A DNA stretch of 62,808 nt, the filler included, from Stramenopiles sp. TOSAG23-2 (taxonomy: Eukaryota), in NCBI GenBank assembly GCA_900128395.1. It is 11 parts of 11 records of this genome, joined end to end, with 100 filler letters (N's around TTAATTAATTAA, not from the genome) between each part and the next. Parts side by side here need not be neighbours in the genome. Positions count along the whole stretch, not along the records: positions 6,164 to 12,225 come from LT650532.1; positions 12,326 to 18,382 come from LT650533.1; positions 18,483 to 24,538 come from LT650534.1; positions 24,639 to 30,687 come from LT650535.1; 7 more parts are not named here. One strand, given 5' to 3'. The position numbers were made by a program, and so were the translations under genes. Numbering within the stretch: the first letter of the stretch is position 1; every line of letters begins with the position of its first letter. The notes beneath the pieces are model-generated. The model saw only the letters and a program-made list of their open reading frames with translations, searched no databases and was not told where the DNA came from. This document shows positions 11,387-24,744 of this stretch, piece after piece.

Positions 11387-11992
11387 CACTCCGGACTACA
11401 TTATAATTACATCATAATAATAGTTGTTATTATATATATAGTTTTTTTAGTTGTTGTTTTATTTATGCGTGCAGCAGCAGTTTAAGTTCTATTAGTTCAT
11501 TTTTAGTTCATCTCGTTTTAAGGATAATCATGTTTACATTTTTCTGAAATCGTCATATAATCGTTTATAGCTGCAGAGAGTTTTGAAACACGAAAATGAA
11601 AAAATACATTAACATGTTTTAGTAGATTTAGAACAACCATGCCCTTCCAAAAAAAATATTAAAAAGCACAATTTTTATTTTTTATAATAAGTCTTACTCA
11701 CACTGATAATTCATTTTAATATTTTTTTAAAAAACATGTTTTAGTACTCGTAAGGATTAAAAGTTGTACGAACCGACGTACGTATTTATTTTTACTCCTT
11801 TTTCCCTTTCCTCTCCCTTTCCACTCTCCTTTTTTGCATTAATCTCTTGTTCTAAAACGATCTTTTTACGAACCGTATATTCTTGTTGTCTTCTCTCTCT
11901 TTTTTCAGTCTCTCTCCTAGATTTCGATTTTAGATATACACACCACACTCTACACACAAAAAAAATCTACAAAATATCTCTCTCTCTCTGTT

Positions 11993-12225
11993 TTACGACC
12001 TCGGTTCAGGTTGTTTTTCCGGTTCTGCTTCAGGCCTTTGTTCATTTGCTTTTTCACTACCATTACTACCATCACCACCACCACCACCACCTTTCTTCGC
12101 TTCCTCCAATGTTTTACGTGTATTACGTCCCCGTATTACTGCTTGAACTTTTATTGCTGCATCCCCTTCCTCCTTCATTTCTTGAACACGTTTACGTTCA
12201 TTTTTTCCACGTTGTATTGCTTGGA
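11993..12225 (-). CDS. 3' fragment of an IQ-motif protein (5' end lost at contig edge)
   Basis: Frame is open from the gap: QAIQRGKNERK...AAIKVQAVIRGRNTRK, two IQ-like motifs, then a stop. Confidence 0.65.
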
Positions 12226-12325
12226 NNNNNNNNNNNNNNNNNNNNNNNNNNNNNNNNNNNNNNNNNNNNTTAATTAATTAANNNNNNNNNNNNNNNNNNN
12301 NNNNNNNNNNNNNNNNNNNNNNNNN

Positions 12326-12486
12326 GGAAGGATAGAAACCTACTCGTGCTTGTGGAGTATTAGTTTGCAGAGGTGCATTAGAGCTTTACTATAGTATGAT
12401 AGAATATTATTCTTGCGATTGAGTATTGAGCATATTACTTAACACGAGAAGTGTAAAATTATTATAACTTAGATTTTAGCCATCAT
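12326..12486. repeat. Dispersed non-coding repeat, copy 1
   Basis: GGATAGAAACCTACTC...GAGTATTAGTTTGCAGAGGTGCATTAGAGCTT is shared, with substitutions and indels, with about 52252-52478 on another contig. Confidence 0.85.
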
Positions 12487-12608
12487 AATTATATTTCATA
12501 CGAATAAAAAATAAAAATGATACGATCGTAATTTAATATTCCATCTATTTACCTTCATTTGTATTCTCTTTTAAATATCATATTGAGAATATCAATATTT
12601 CCAGTATT

Positions 12609-15600
12609 TTATTGTCCATCCTCTTCATCGCTAATTTCAGTTCCAACACCAAGTATTACTCTGCCAGATGTTGAATTAAAATAATCATATAATTTCCGGA
12701 CTTCGCGAGACACTATTTCAGAATGCAACTTATCATGTAGACCACTCTTATGTTTATGCAATATCTTCGTAAATTTGTCAAGTTGTTTCCATGTTCCTGC
12801 GTGTTTCTTTTTCGTTTCATTTGCCATGGAATGATAAAGATGCAAAAACTTTTCATGTTTTGACAAATTGTACCATGCTCCTTCTTTATGATGCAATTTA
12901 TGTATCACAGTTTCATTTAAATGATTTATTACGCCGGCATCTGTTAAATTCCAGAGACCGGGATAATCCTTCATCGTTTGTCGTAATCTTTTGGCTTTCC
13001 AAGTACTGTTGGCAAATCTTTTTCTATTCAATCGATATGCTCTCGACTTAAATCTCATTTTCTCAGCTTCGTAATCTGATTTTTGGCCACCCCACTGATG
13101 ATCTTCTACATTAATTTCATCACCATTTTCTCTAGCTTCTTCAATTTCAATGATTTTTTCTTTCCAATAACTATTTTTCATTTTCTGTGCAAATCTTTCA
13201 ATAATTTTTTTATTTAAGAACACTTTATACTTGTGACTTTGCAATATTTTTTTAATTTTTTTCAAACTATTTTCCCATGCTTTTGTCATTTCAATTCTCT
13301 TTCGATAAATAAAATCTTCTGTTTCTCCATGCCAATATCGCGACATTGACTTTTTGCTAATTCCTTCTTTTTTCGCCCATCGATGATATAATTTTGATAT
13401 ATTGTATAACATTTGTGCCATTTCACCATCATCTGTAATTGCGTTTTTTGGCAAATAAATTTGCTCTTCTGTTTCTTCCTCCACTTCAATGTACGAGGAA
13501 GAAGGAACGCCGTCCTTCGCCTTCCCATGTTTCTGATTGCCCTTTTTTTCTTGAACAGATTTCAATTTACGAACAAATGAAGATTGAGAGTAAAAATGCT
13601 TTTCCTGCGTATTTAGATCTTTACTTGCTGGACACTTATTATTCCAAGCAACGTATGGACCATGGTGCATTCTTCTTTGTTCTTGACTTCTATCATTATT
13701 ACGTGGCATTGTTGATGTTAATTTTCTTTGGCCATTTTCTTCTCCCTCTTCGATCATGCTAGTACCAGAAGCTTCCTCTGGGAGAACTTTTATATTTGGG
13801 TCCATGCGTATACGTTTGTCTTCACTGTTGAATTTAAAAAATTGCTTCCGCAAATTACCACTTGAAAAATTTGTATTTTTTTCAGTCTTTAATGACGATG
13901 CGAAATGTTGCTTTTCTGCTTGTTTTTTCATGTTGTTAATATCGGCGAGTGCCTTCTTATTGACACATTTTCCATCAATAAATCGCATCCCTGACTTACA
14001 GCTTGGATCATCTTTTACCTTGAATCTTAATTCCTTAAAAGAGGCCAGTGGTCCTAAATTTTTCATTGTTTGTTGTGCTCGATTAATATTTTCCATTGCC
14101 CCAATATGTGCCTTTTCTGCCATATTATTCGCAGTGTTTCCACCACCACCATTGTTACCATCTTCATTACCGATTGACGCAGCTGCTGATTGTAAAACAT
14201 TTGCCATATTTATAGATGCTTTTTCTGCTAAATTATCTGCACCAACAAGACCAGGAGCAAGCCAATCTTCAATAGGACCTTTTCCATCGCCACAAACACA
14301 ACCATTTTGCTCGTAATATTTATGATCAGTTCGAGCAAACCCAATGCGTCGTAACGGTATGCGCTCAAAAATCGAGTAAAATGCCCGAACCCAAACATCT
14401 CCAAATATCCACATTGTAAAATCTGTAAATACTTCAACCTCATAATCAACAATTCCAGTCAAGCAATGCTTATTTCCATATTTATTGTACATTATAGCAT
14501 ATTCTTCCCATCCTATGATAAAATCTATTCCCATAATTGTAAAGGTTATATCAGGTAATTCATGTAAGTTCAAACACATATAGTCTGCAGTGCAAGATTC
14601 AAGAATTCTTTGTATCGGGGTACCAGGCCCAACTATTGGAAACCGCCCAGTATGTACGGTACCTTTACAGATCCCAAATACACAAGGCTCAATGCTTTTA
14701 CCACGCACTTTGACATCATTCAAAATAAAAAGCCACGATGGCATTTTAAATTTTACACTTAATGGCATGACCATAATCCATTTAATCCCTCCTCCTGCCA
14801 TGTACATCTCTGTACCGCCAACATTATCACCAGGATCCATAAATAAACACCCGCCTTTATCACCAAAATAGAACGAAAATCTCCACACAAGTGCTGTTGG
14901 CTCAAAATGTGGTACACCCCATAAACTACCTGGTTTTGGATCTGGCATGTCCGTTCCAGATATTGGGTACAATTCATTACCACAATACATGAAGGTAACA
15001 AGATCCAATGCTGGATCCTTTGTATCACCCCCTGGACCTAAATAGTAGTCAGGATAATTGTCGTCCCAAAAACCAAACGAAACAGCACCAGAATGATTAA
15101 ACTTGCTTGCCCCGTTATCAACCTCCCCTAAAACCTCTGGACCAGTATCAATAATGGCTACAGCAATTGGGCAGCCAAGGCAAAAGTGACCTGCAATTTG
15201 AACAAAAGAATAACCCAAAAAACCTTTTAAGCCGCCTTCATTTTCTGCACCACGTTTATTTACACGGACATATTCCTGATCAATTATAACCATTTTCATG
15301 GGCGAAAAAGGTATGACAAAACCGCTGAATAACGGTATCTTTGTACATCCATGATGAGCACAAGCAGCGCTCATAACCCATGTAGTTGCAACGGCAGTGT
15401 CTAAATTCATCCACAATTCTTGACCTCCAACAATTACATATGCTTGATAATTCGAGACCATATCACTCAGTTCTTTTAAGCGTTCAATAGGATGTACACC
15501 ACTAGTTGGACCAGCACAACCCGGTCCCATACCTTTCCATCCAGCTAGTGGTAGATGTATACCTCCTCCGCCACCTGTGTCTGGCACGGGAGGAGGTGCA

Positions 15601-18327
15601 CCACCACCACCACCACCACCACCACCAGGGCTCTCAACTTTGTTCTTTGGTTTCCAGTCGTTTTCTGCTGTAAATTTACCAGGAGGAGGGATCGAATCTG
15701 GAGGATTAGGATCCAATGGATCATCGGGATTCATTGGATCATTGGGATTCATTGGATCATCCGGTTTTTCAGGATTGTTAGGATTATGTGGTATCAATGG
15801 TATATTGCCACAAGTACCTGGGGCACATTTTGTTTTGGGTGCCCAAATGCCAGGCGGCAGCCTTCGTGGATCTGGAACAGCTTCATGATCATCCAAGGTT
15901 TCGATGTGGCATTTACAACCACTCTTTTCGCCTCTCCAACAACCTGGAGGCCCCAACTTGCCTAAACTACAATATACGCCCCTATGACTTACATATTGTT
16001 CCCCGGTTTTACTTCCCAGTACCACTTTCAATTGTAAAAGGCTAGTGCTTTTCTCCGATTCTTTTGAGGCAGGAAAATTCACCGCACCTCCAGATACAAT
16101 GGGATCATACGGAAAAGCAGCATCTGTTTTCCACCGACACGGTGCACCAAACTCCATTTTAATTCCCTCGACCGAAGGAGGAATTTCCAAATCCGGATAT
16201 CCTTCTTTTGCGTTCCAAGATCTCGAATTTAAACCAACACCAACTTTGGACGGGTTGTATTTCTTACACCATTCACCCCCGTCTTTACCGTCTCCCTTAA
16301 TAACCGAACATCTAGCTGTTGGTTCGATGCACGTTAATTTGGTTTTGAATCTAGTACAATAAAACTTTGTTCCCTCTGCTGTTTGGCTGTAATCTACATC
16401 TTCTCGTTGGACGCAAATTGAATTACCAGCAGGTCGTTCTTCAACATTTGAATTTTCAGCAGAGCTCTCTTCGCCACTACCTTTCTCCTCTTCCTCCTCT
16501 TTTTCGTCGTTGTTATTGTTATCGCCACTCTTGTTATTGTTGTCGTCACTCTTGTTATCCTTAATTTTTTTTTTACTGCAACTACCTGGGCAGCGCTCAC
16601 ATGGATTTTCGCAGAGCATTTTGCTGCGAAATTGCCCATAGTAAAAACGTTTATTACCTACTGGACGGCAACATTTAAAATCTTCTTTTGTCAGATCAGT
16701 GTCTGGTAAAACTGGAGTTTTGACACGTGAACTAGGATCGACACATTCAGCCCGAGTTGAAAAGGTTTTCTCGTAATCGATTCCTGGGGGAGCATTTTCA
16801 GGGCGTAAGCATACGAATTGAATTTTCTTCTTCTTTCTCTTGGTTAAAATAGCCCTTTTCATCAATTCAGGATTCAAGCATTCATCTCTCTTATTTGTCT
16901 TCCAATGTTCAAAACCCTCTGCAAATTTGCATTTACCATTACTTAAACATGCCTCTCGTGTTTTTTTTGTAGGATCTGAACATTCACCTTCAGCTAGACA
17001 CGAATCTTCGTCCTTTAACGTCGGATTTGAACATTTAAACCACGTAAATGGCCTTAAAATACCAAAGTCGTGGTACCGATTAGTTGGTGTCCATTGACAC
17101 ATGTAATTGTGAACAGTTAATTGACTCTGACATTCCTCTTTTGTTAAATAAACGTCGCAACCGATTCCTTTGCACTGCCCAGCTTTTAGACATTCAAACT
17201 TTGTAAGTTTAGATGTGTCTGAGCATTGACCAGTGATATGAGGTTTACCATCAATGAATTTCATTCTTCCGTGAGGACACATTGGATCTATTGCCCATGT
17301 TAATATACCGTCGTACACAATGCTTCCGTAATCGTGAATCATTTCATAAAGCGATCGTTTTGCATCATTGCATGTAATATCCGCCAAACTTCTAGAGGGT
17401 ATACATTCCATTTCAATCGCACCGGTTTCTGAATGTACGCTTTTGACACTCAATCTGTCTCTTGCGATACCTAACGTCTCAGAGATGTCAAATATCAGTT
17501 GTAAATCAAATGTCCGCCGTCCAATAGTATTGAATGGCAACGTCTGTTTTGCATTTCTTAGACCCTCCTCAGAGAGACAGAACGTTATAATGACAACATT
17601 AATACGATATCTATTATCGCTAGTAAAAGTCTTTTTTTCAGAGGAAGCGCTACCACCGCAGCGTGATATTTCAGTAGTAACAGTACCATCAATCATTGGT
17701 GGTAGCTTAAATTCAATATTATCATCAAATTCGTTGTATTTACCTATGACTGAAGTATATCGAAATTCTGCATCCTCATCCATAATTGCCTCCTCTTTAT
17801 CTATCTGACATAAGCCGAACATTTCATCCTGTTTTTTTGGTTTTTCAGGAAATTTTTTCCCTGCATGTTCCTTTTTTTCACCACCTTTTAATGATTGAAA
17901 CGTTAATATAGTTACGTTCGGTCTTAATGCTTCAAACTTTTCTATTTTTTTCCCTAAGATAATCGTGTTGTTATTTTCGATTCGTAACACGTAGTTATTT
18001 TCACCAACACCTTCACCTTCACACTTGTCGTCGTCGTAAATTTTTGATGCATCAATCAATGTTACTGAATTTTCTTGTTCGTTTGCTCTTGTAACGATTT
18101 GTGCAGTCACCGACCCAGGATGTTCCTCTTCTGCAGCTTTTAGTACGGCTAATTCTTTCAATTTGTCAGCAATTTTTTTCCTCTCCTTTTCTACGGGAGA
18201 CAATTCAACACCGGATCCTGGATTTTTTTTCTTTGCATTTGGATCTGTTCTAAATACATTTATTTCGGTTATATTTTCCTTAACTCCATTGATGCAGAAT
18301 TCGTTATTCAAGGGCAATTTACTGCCC
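12609..18327 (-). CDS. Giant multidomain protein: Cys-rich repeats, Pro/Gly linker, atypical pepsin-like (A1) domain, basic C-terminal tail; 5' truncated
   Basis: About 1900-aa ORF. A1 hallmarks: YQAYVIVGG..MNLDTAVATTWV, C..HGC, TVHTGRFPIVGP, LPDITFTI, WIFGDVWVRAFYSIFE..RIGFA. The annotated start lies in a chimeric contig end. Confidence 0.8.
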
Positions 18328-18382
18328 AAAAAATAGAAAAGTTTGAAGCATTAAGACCGAACGTAACTATATTAACGTTTCA
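18328..18382. other. Inverted duplicate of about 17896-17950 at the contig end (chimera/artefact)
   Basis: AAAATAGAAAAGTTTGAAGC...ACGTTTCA is the exact reverse complement of internal coding sequence. Confidence 0.85.
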
Positions 18383-19865
18383 NNNNNNNNNNNNNNNNNN
18401 NNNNNNNNNNNNNNNNNNNNNNNNNNTTAATTAATTAANNNNNNNNNNNNNNNNNNNNNNNNNNNNNNNNNNNNNNNNNNNNAATCTGCATTTTATATCC
18501 ATTTAGTATACAAATAAAATATACTTAAAAGTACCAAGTTTTATATTTTTGGCGAGTGCAATGAATACTTTGTCCACATTTTGCATTTTGATAGCAAGCA
18601 TAGGCTTGTTAGTATATGGTCATGAATACTTTATACACATTTGTTTCGAGAGGGTACCAAAATCGTACTTGATAGAATATATGGAATTTGATAGGTGCCA
18701 AGTTTACACCGAGTCTTCGCTTGCGCTCAGAATTCCTGATTATGAGCAGGCGAAGATGAGGGGATCGAGTAAGGCCAGCCCAGCCAGCAATCATCATCTG
18801 TGGCAATTGCACAATTGTGTGTTAATAATAAGAAATAAATTTGTAAAAATAATTGCATCAATAATATATATATATATATACATTATTCCATAACGAAAGT
18901 AAACAAAAGAATCAAACGTAGGAAAATGGAATTTAATGGTAATTACATTGCACATTATTTAGCAATTGCCTTGATTGGATTTGGGGTATTGTTACTTATT
19001 GCTGAACGGGTTTATGCGAAAGATAGAACAATAGTTGAAAAAAAAAGATAAATTATATATTATTTTGATGAAGAATATTTTAAAACTGAAAATGAATAGC
19101 AGCTGCAATATTGTATTTGTTGAGAATTTATTTCGGATCCATTAATATATACAACATTCGTACAAGATATAGTATATATATATAAATTTGGATTAGAAAA
19201 TGACTTAAGAAAAGGATTCTATAATGTAAGAATTATATAGTTTTAAATCATTTTAAATCTTTTTAAATTTGATCATTTATCATTGTTTAAGACTTAAGTA
19301 ATAAATTAAAAGCAATGCAAAACAATGAAAAAGAAAACGACTCGAAAAATATCGAAAATACTTTATCACATCTCCGAAGAACTTTTTATCCATATCTATT
19401 GTTATTTGACCTTTACTTATACAATAGTATGATAAGATGATGAATATTGTTGAGAAAAGAACTGGGATGCAATTACTAATAAGACTATTTTCATTAAATT
19501 AATATTTTAAAATTTAAATAATTATTTATTTAAATAAAATGATTTTATTATGATATAGATTATAAAAGAGTTCAATATGAAATGCATTTTAACAGAAAAT
19601 ACTTTTTAGTCTAATATATTGTGTGTATGGTACTCTCTTAATGAAAAATTATTGAAAATACTTTTGACATGAGATGCGTGTTATATGTTTTTCCTTGCTC
19701 GAAAAATATATGATGGATACACTGGATGGACATTTTCTAAAAAAGATGGCGATTTTGAACATAAAAAAAATTTATACAGTAATCCAGTAATATACTTTTA
19801 TTGTTATTTTTGGCAGACGACTTTTTTAAGATATATATTAAGGTATTTTCCAGACTTTTCGTATT

Positions 19866-20290
19866 GCTAGTCTGCGTCAGGGAGACCCGTCAGACTCTTT
19901 CTCGGAAGAAAGAGTCTGAAGTATTCGGTATTGTGCTAACTGGCTAACCAGCTAAGCTATCTAGTAGCTACTGCGACTCTTTCTCTAGCGGCTAGCCTGG
20001 CTAGCTAGCCCAGGCTAGCTATTAAAATTAATAGTATTATTGTGCTATTCGTTATTTTTTTACTATTAATAACCTAACCTATACCTATGGTGCTATAATA
20101 CTTTTAACTGTCCGGATATTGTATTTTCCAAGGTAAAAAAATTATATCAATTATAATAACGTCAAATTTTCGTACTTTTTCTAAAACCCCCAAATATCAC
20201 CTGCCTGCCACAGCCCAAACATCCTAGCTAGAGCTAGCCTGGCTAGCTCCCAGCTAGCTAGCCTCAACTAGCTAGCTAAGCCCACAGCCT
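19866..20290. repeat. GCTAGC/AGCT-rich repeat region with a perfect hairpin
   Basis: Hairpin TCAGACTCTTTC-tcggaa-GAAAGAGTCTGA at about 19890-19919; two GCTAGCCTGGCTAGCT clusters near 19990 and 20232. Confidence 0.6.
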
Positions 20291-20631
20291 ATATCTATAT
20301 CGTTCCTATTATTTTTTTATTGTTATTAAATATTATATTATTTTTATAATAATAGCAAACCTGGCAAAATATAATATGGCATAGCATATATATAATAACA
20401 ACTATCGATATATTATATATCGTACCAAATTTATAACAGACCGACTATGTACAAATTATAACTAATACGAAAACTCAAACTACGGTTTCTTTACAATTAT
20501 TTAATAAAGAATTGTATTATAAGAAAAATTGTATAGATTAATAATACACCACTACTTTTTATACATAATATAGGTAATTTAAACTATTATTGTAGAGGTT
20601 GACACCACGGTAATTTAGATATTATATTACT

Positions 20632-23600
20632 ATGTATAAAAAGTATAACTACCTACAGGTTTTTCGAGTCAAATTTTTCCAATGTTTGTTACTCAACCTT
20701 GTCATCATCGTATGTAATTCAATAATAACAAGACAATATTTTGGCACTCGAACTACCGATGGTCCAAACGGTATTGTGTATTATAGTGTAAAACTAGTTA
20801 ACGTTGGCTACGCTAATGAGCTAAATAATAATCTTTTAAATACAAACAACTACATTTTAGGAGTATTGGGAGATAACAATAAAGCAGAAATACTTTTTTC
20901 AAGTAACGTGTATATACAAGGCACGACAACAAGTGTTGCCATTACCACTATAGAATATGCGCGAGACACAAATAGGCTATTATGTACATATGCGCAGGAC
21001 GGTGTGGCTAAATTTGGATCCGTAACGTTTACGGATACAAACAAAGCCGATAAGAAAATTGCATATATTACAGAATTGACTCCTTGGCTTCCAAGCCAAG
21101 GAGTACTTTTATCCAATTTAAACGTTAAAATAGGTGTCAGTAATTATTTTACACAACAACAAAGCACGAATAAACGTTCGGCATACATGTTTGCCGCATG
21201 GACTTCATTAGAAGAGGCGGATTCCTTGTGCTTGATAGAAATAAATACTACGAACAAATTTTCAATAAAAATAATGGACAATTTATTACCAAATGCAAAT
21301 GAGATAGCTGCCATAACGCGGCATGAGGCACGTGATATTCCCAGCGATATTATTGCAATGGATGTGGTTACTAAAGCGAGAAATGGTGAATGGGGATGTG
21401 CTACACTACAATTTGGTAAATATCCTAAATATCATGAGCGTAAGGATTTACATTTTTTACGAGCAAATGAAACAGGCGAAGTCTTTAAATTATTTGGCTC
21501 TGGTAGCTACTCCATGACAGACTTACAAGCTTCGATGAAAGTAAACAATGGAGTGGGGTTATTTTATACTATTAGTGAAAATGTGACAAGTTTAGGTAAG
21601 ATGAGTACTTTGTTAAAACCACGTTTATCGACAAATGCATTTAAGGAACCAGCAAATTGGGGATATGCGATTGAGGCGAAATTTGTTTTGCCAATAAAAA
21701 ATGTATCCGCGTTCAATGCAACCTTATTTAAACTTGCTCTTCTTGAAAGTACGCCAGCAAAAAAACTTTCAGATATAGTGGTACATGGTGCCGTTTTAAT
21801 CACATATACATTACCTGAAAGGAAATTAAATACCAAGACACTGCGACGGTTGGAGGCAAAAAAAAATGTGACTGGACTTCAAGTAAAGTTCACATTGAAT
21901 CTTGAAAAATCAACTCCAGGAAAAACATTAGAGAAAGTAGAAGAATTAACTGACGAAAGTTCTGTGTCTGCGAAAAATTTCCAAAGCGTCTTCCGCGCCT
22001 TGCCTACTGTGTCCATCATTGAAGAGATCGAACAAATAGTTGATGTTGGAGAAATCAAAATAATAGTGGATCAATGTGTATCTTCTAAAATTGGTAGCAT
22101 TCCAGAAGTTCCAGAAAAACTATTTTGGCCATTAAAACTTGATAAACAGTATAGTCCAGCACCATTTGATGCTGCGATTGATCAATCGCCTATGGTATAT
22201 GATATATTTGATACAACTGCATCGCTTGCAATTAAGCTTCGAACGCAATCGTTTGATATTTCTGTACTGGTAGTGGAACAAAAACACATTTCAGATAAAT
22301 ATGTACCTACTTGCAAATGTAACAATGGTATTTATCCGGAATGGGGAAATGATAAGTGTGACAATAAGAATATCAAAACTATATCAAAAGCCGAAATTAT
22401 TCAAAATGGCACATTTATAGATAGATTCAAGCTATTTGCGCACCATATTTTATGTGCCAATATCAATCGCTTAGAATATGGAAAGCATGGGGAATATTTA
22501 AGTAGTGTATCGGGCGGTACTAGTTGTAAAGGATACTTTGAAGAATTGTATCTAACAAATTTGAAGCCATCTACAACATATTATGTTTTTACGGTCGCAC
22601 ATGCGGGTTCACAATCGTCAAAACCATACACTACCGTGTTTCAAACTATGCATTATTCTCCTTCTGTACAATTTAGCATCAAGTCTATAACGTCCGATGG
22701 ATTCAGTATAGATGCAAAATATGATACAGAACTGCAACATCCAACCAGATTCATTTACATAGTAGTCGCACGTGAATCGCTCTCACAAACAAATTGTGAC
22801 TCCACTACATCTTGGCAAATGGCAAATCTCATATACAACAACATAGTCGATGGATTTAAAGCGTGCAATGAGAGTATATTATATAAAGGGGTGGAAGAAG
22901 TTCCACAATCGGGGCATAAACGAGCAAGAATTGTCAGCAAGGATTTAACAAACAAGCTTTACAAAAGGTTTAAATATGCGGCAAAATTAGCTGTCTTCGT
23001 GGTGGGGGAATACAATTATAGTCACGTAGATGATGGTTCGCATGGAACATATTCCCCTCGCTTCAGGAACTTTTTGCAACTTGCCCATCATAATATATCT
23101 TTGTCTTCTGCAACATTACCAGAAAATGCGTCTGCAACGATTGATGTCTATGCGCATTTAAGTTACAGGCCAGTTCCTGGTGAATTGTTTAATTTCACGT
23201 GCTTTTTGACTGGGTATATAACAAATGTCTACCTTGTGCATATCAATACACCATCAGCTAGTCAAAACAATAAGTGGAACCTGAAGAAACATTTGATCGC
23301 AAGATTATTCGCAGTACAGGATCAAAACAACACTGAACTAACACGACTTAGCTTTGCTGTGACATGTAAGAATCAAATTATGTATCCTCTCCATTCAGCA
23401 AAACTTGGACCATTAACTTATCACGATGAAATGTTCTCTTCGCAAATTGCTGAGACTCTTAACATTGTATGGCCTAATTGGTCTGATGCATACGTTTTGA
23501 AAACGGATCAACAAAGCAATTATCATTTTGAAGATGAAATCGAATCACTTACTACATACGGAAATCAAACTTTTATATTTAAACAAAACAACCCCACTTG

Positions 23601-24538
23601 GTCAGGACAAATGTACACTCCAAAAGTTCGTATAGAAATCGATGGCCTCGATACATGGGAAGTACAAGTATCACAGAATGGTCGTATTTTAAATTTTTCA
23701 ACACCATCATATCAACAATTATGTCCAACAAAACAAAATTGTACAAGAGATTTAGCATACAAAAAATTAGTTATTGCGAACCCATATGAAATCACAGAGC
23801 CAAGACTAGTTGGGGCGAGAGGTGGATTTTACGAAATAGATACGGTTTTTGTATATCAGCGATGCAGTAATGTTGAAGCGTTTACAGATGATCCCGACAT
23901 CTGTTGGGATAAATATAAAAGTTCCGAGAAATGTGCATTTGGCTCAGGAGATGAGTGTGTTAATTGTCCATCGCATGCAATATGTCCAGGGGGCAATCGT
24001 GCATGGCCACACGAACGTTATTGGAATGTGGATGATTACAGTGATCAAGTTGTGCGATGCAGTGCGCCAAGTTTGAAAAGATGCATGGTTCACAACAGAA
24101 AAAGTAGAAGTGTAATATGTGGTCCAACATATGACAATAGTAGTTATGCGTGTGAAAAATGTGCTGTTAATCATTATCCTCTATGGAGACAATGTGTGAA
24201 ATGCCCAGAATTTTATGAAGAAAAAACATCGATATTTCCATCATTTGTACTTACTATTTCGTATCTCGTGGCCTTTATGTTTGCCTTAAATGTTTTTATA
24301 TATGTATCTCTAATTGGTGTGGGTGGCTCAATTCTTTCGTCGTGGTATTTGACGAAGCGATTTCTTTTAGAAATGGTGTTTTACGTGCAGTTAATTGCGG
24401 TGGCAACAAAACCTATTTACCCGCTGCAAACAACATACGCTACAGCCGTATCTTACACCTTGGATGCCATTATGATAGATTGGGACATTTTTATGCCTCT
24501 ATCATGCTTTGAGGAAAATCCGCCTTTATTTTATTCTG
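20632..24538 (+). CDS. Large cell-surface membrane protein (signal, FN3-like, Cys-rich repeats, start of a multi-TM region); 3' truncated
   Basis: N-terminal hydrophobic stretch; LTNLKPSTTYYVFTVA (FN3-like); C..CP..A.CPGG...W and CEKC..NHY...C.KCP repeats; hydrophobic helices run into the gap. Confidence 0.75.
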
Positions 24539-24658
24539 NNNNNNNNNNNNNNNNNNNNNNNNNNNNNNNNNNNNNNNNNNNNTTAATTAATTAANNNNNN
24601 NNNNNNNNNNNNNNNNNNNNNNNNNNNNNNNNNNNNNNCAGTAATATATATATATACA

Positions 24659-24700
<42 letters not shown>

Positions 24701-24744
24701 TTCTCTCTCTCTCTCTATATATATATTCTATATTTTTTTAAAAA

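Noticed and set aside
18328-18382. Inverted repeat as a transposon end or antisense hairpin
   Set aside because: It is an exact copy of coding sequence at a contig tip, typical of an amplification or assembly chimera.
18549-18893. 114-aa ORF and other short ORFs in 18483-20600
   Set aside because: Non-ATG start and no recognisable motifs; probably decayed repeat or non-coding sequence.
19866-19920. Helitron 3' end (hairpin + CTAG)
   Set aside because: The CTAG is about 19 nt from the hairpin and is not followed by T; no 5' TC end or Rep/helicase is seen.
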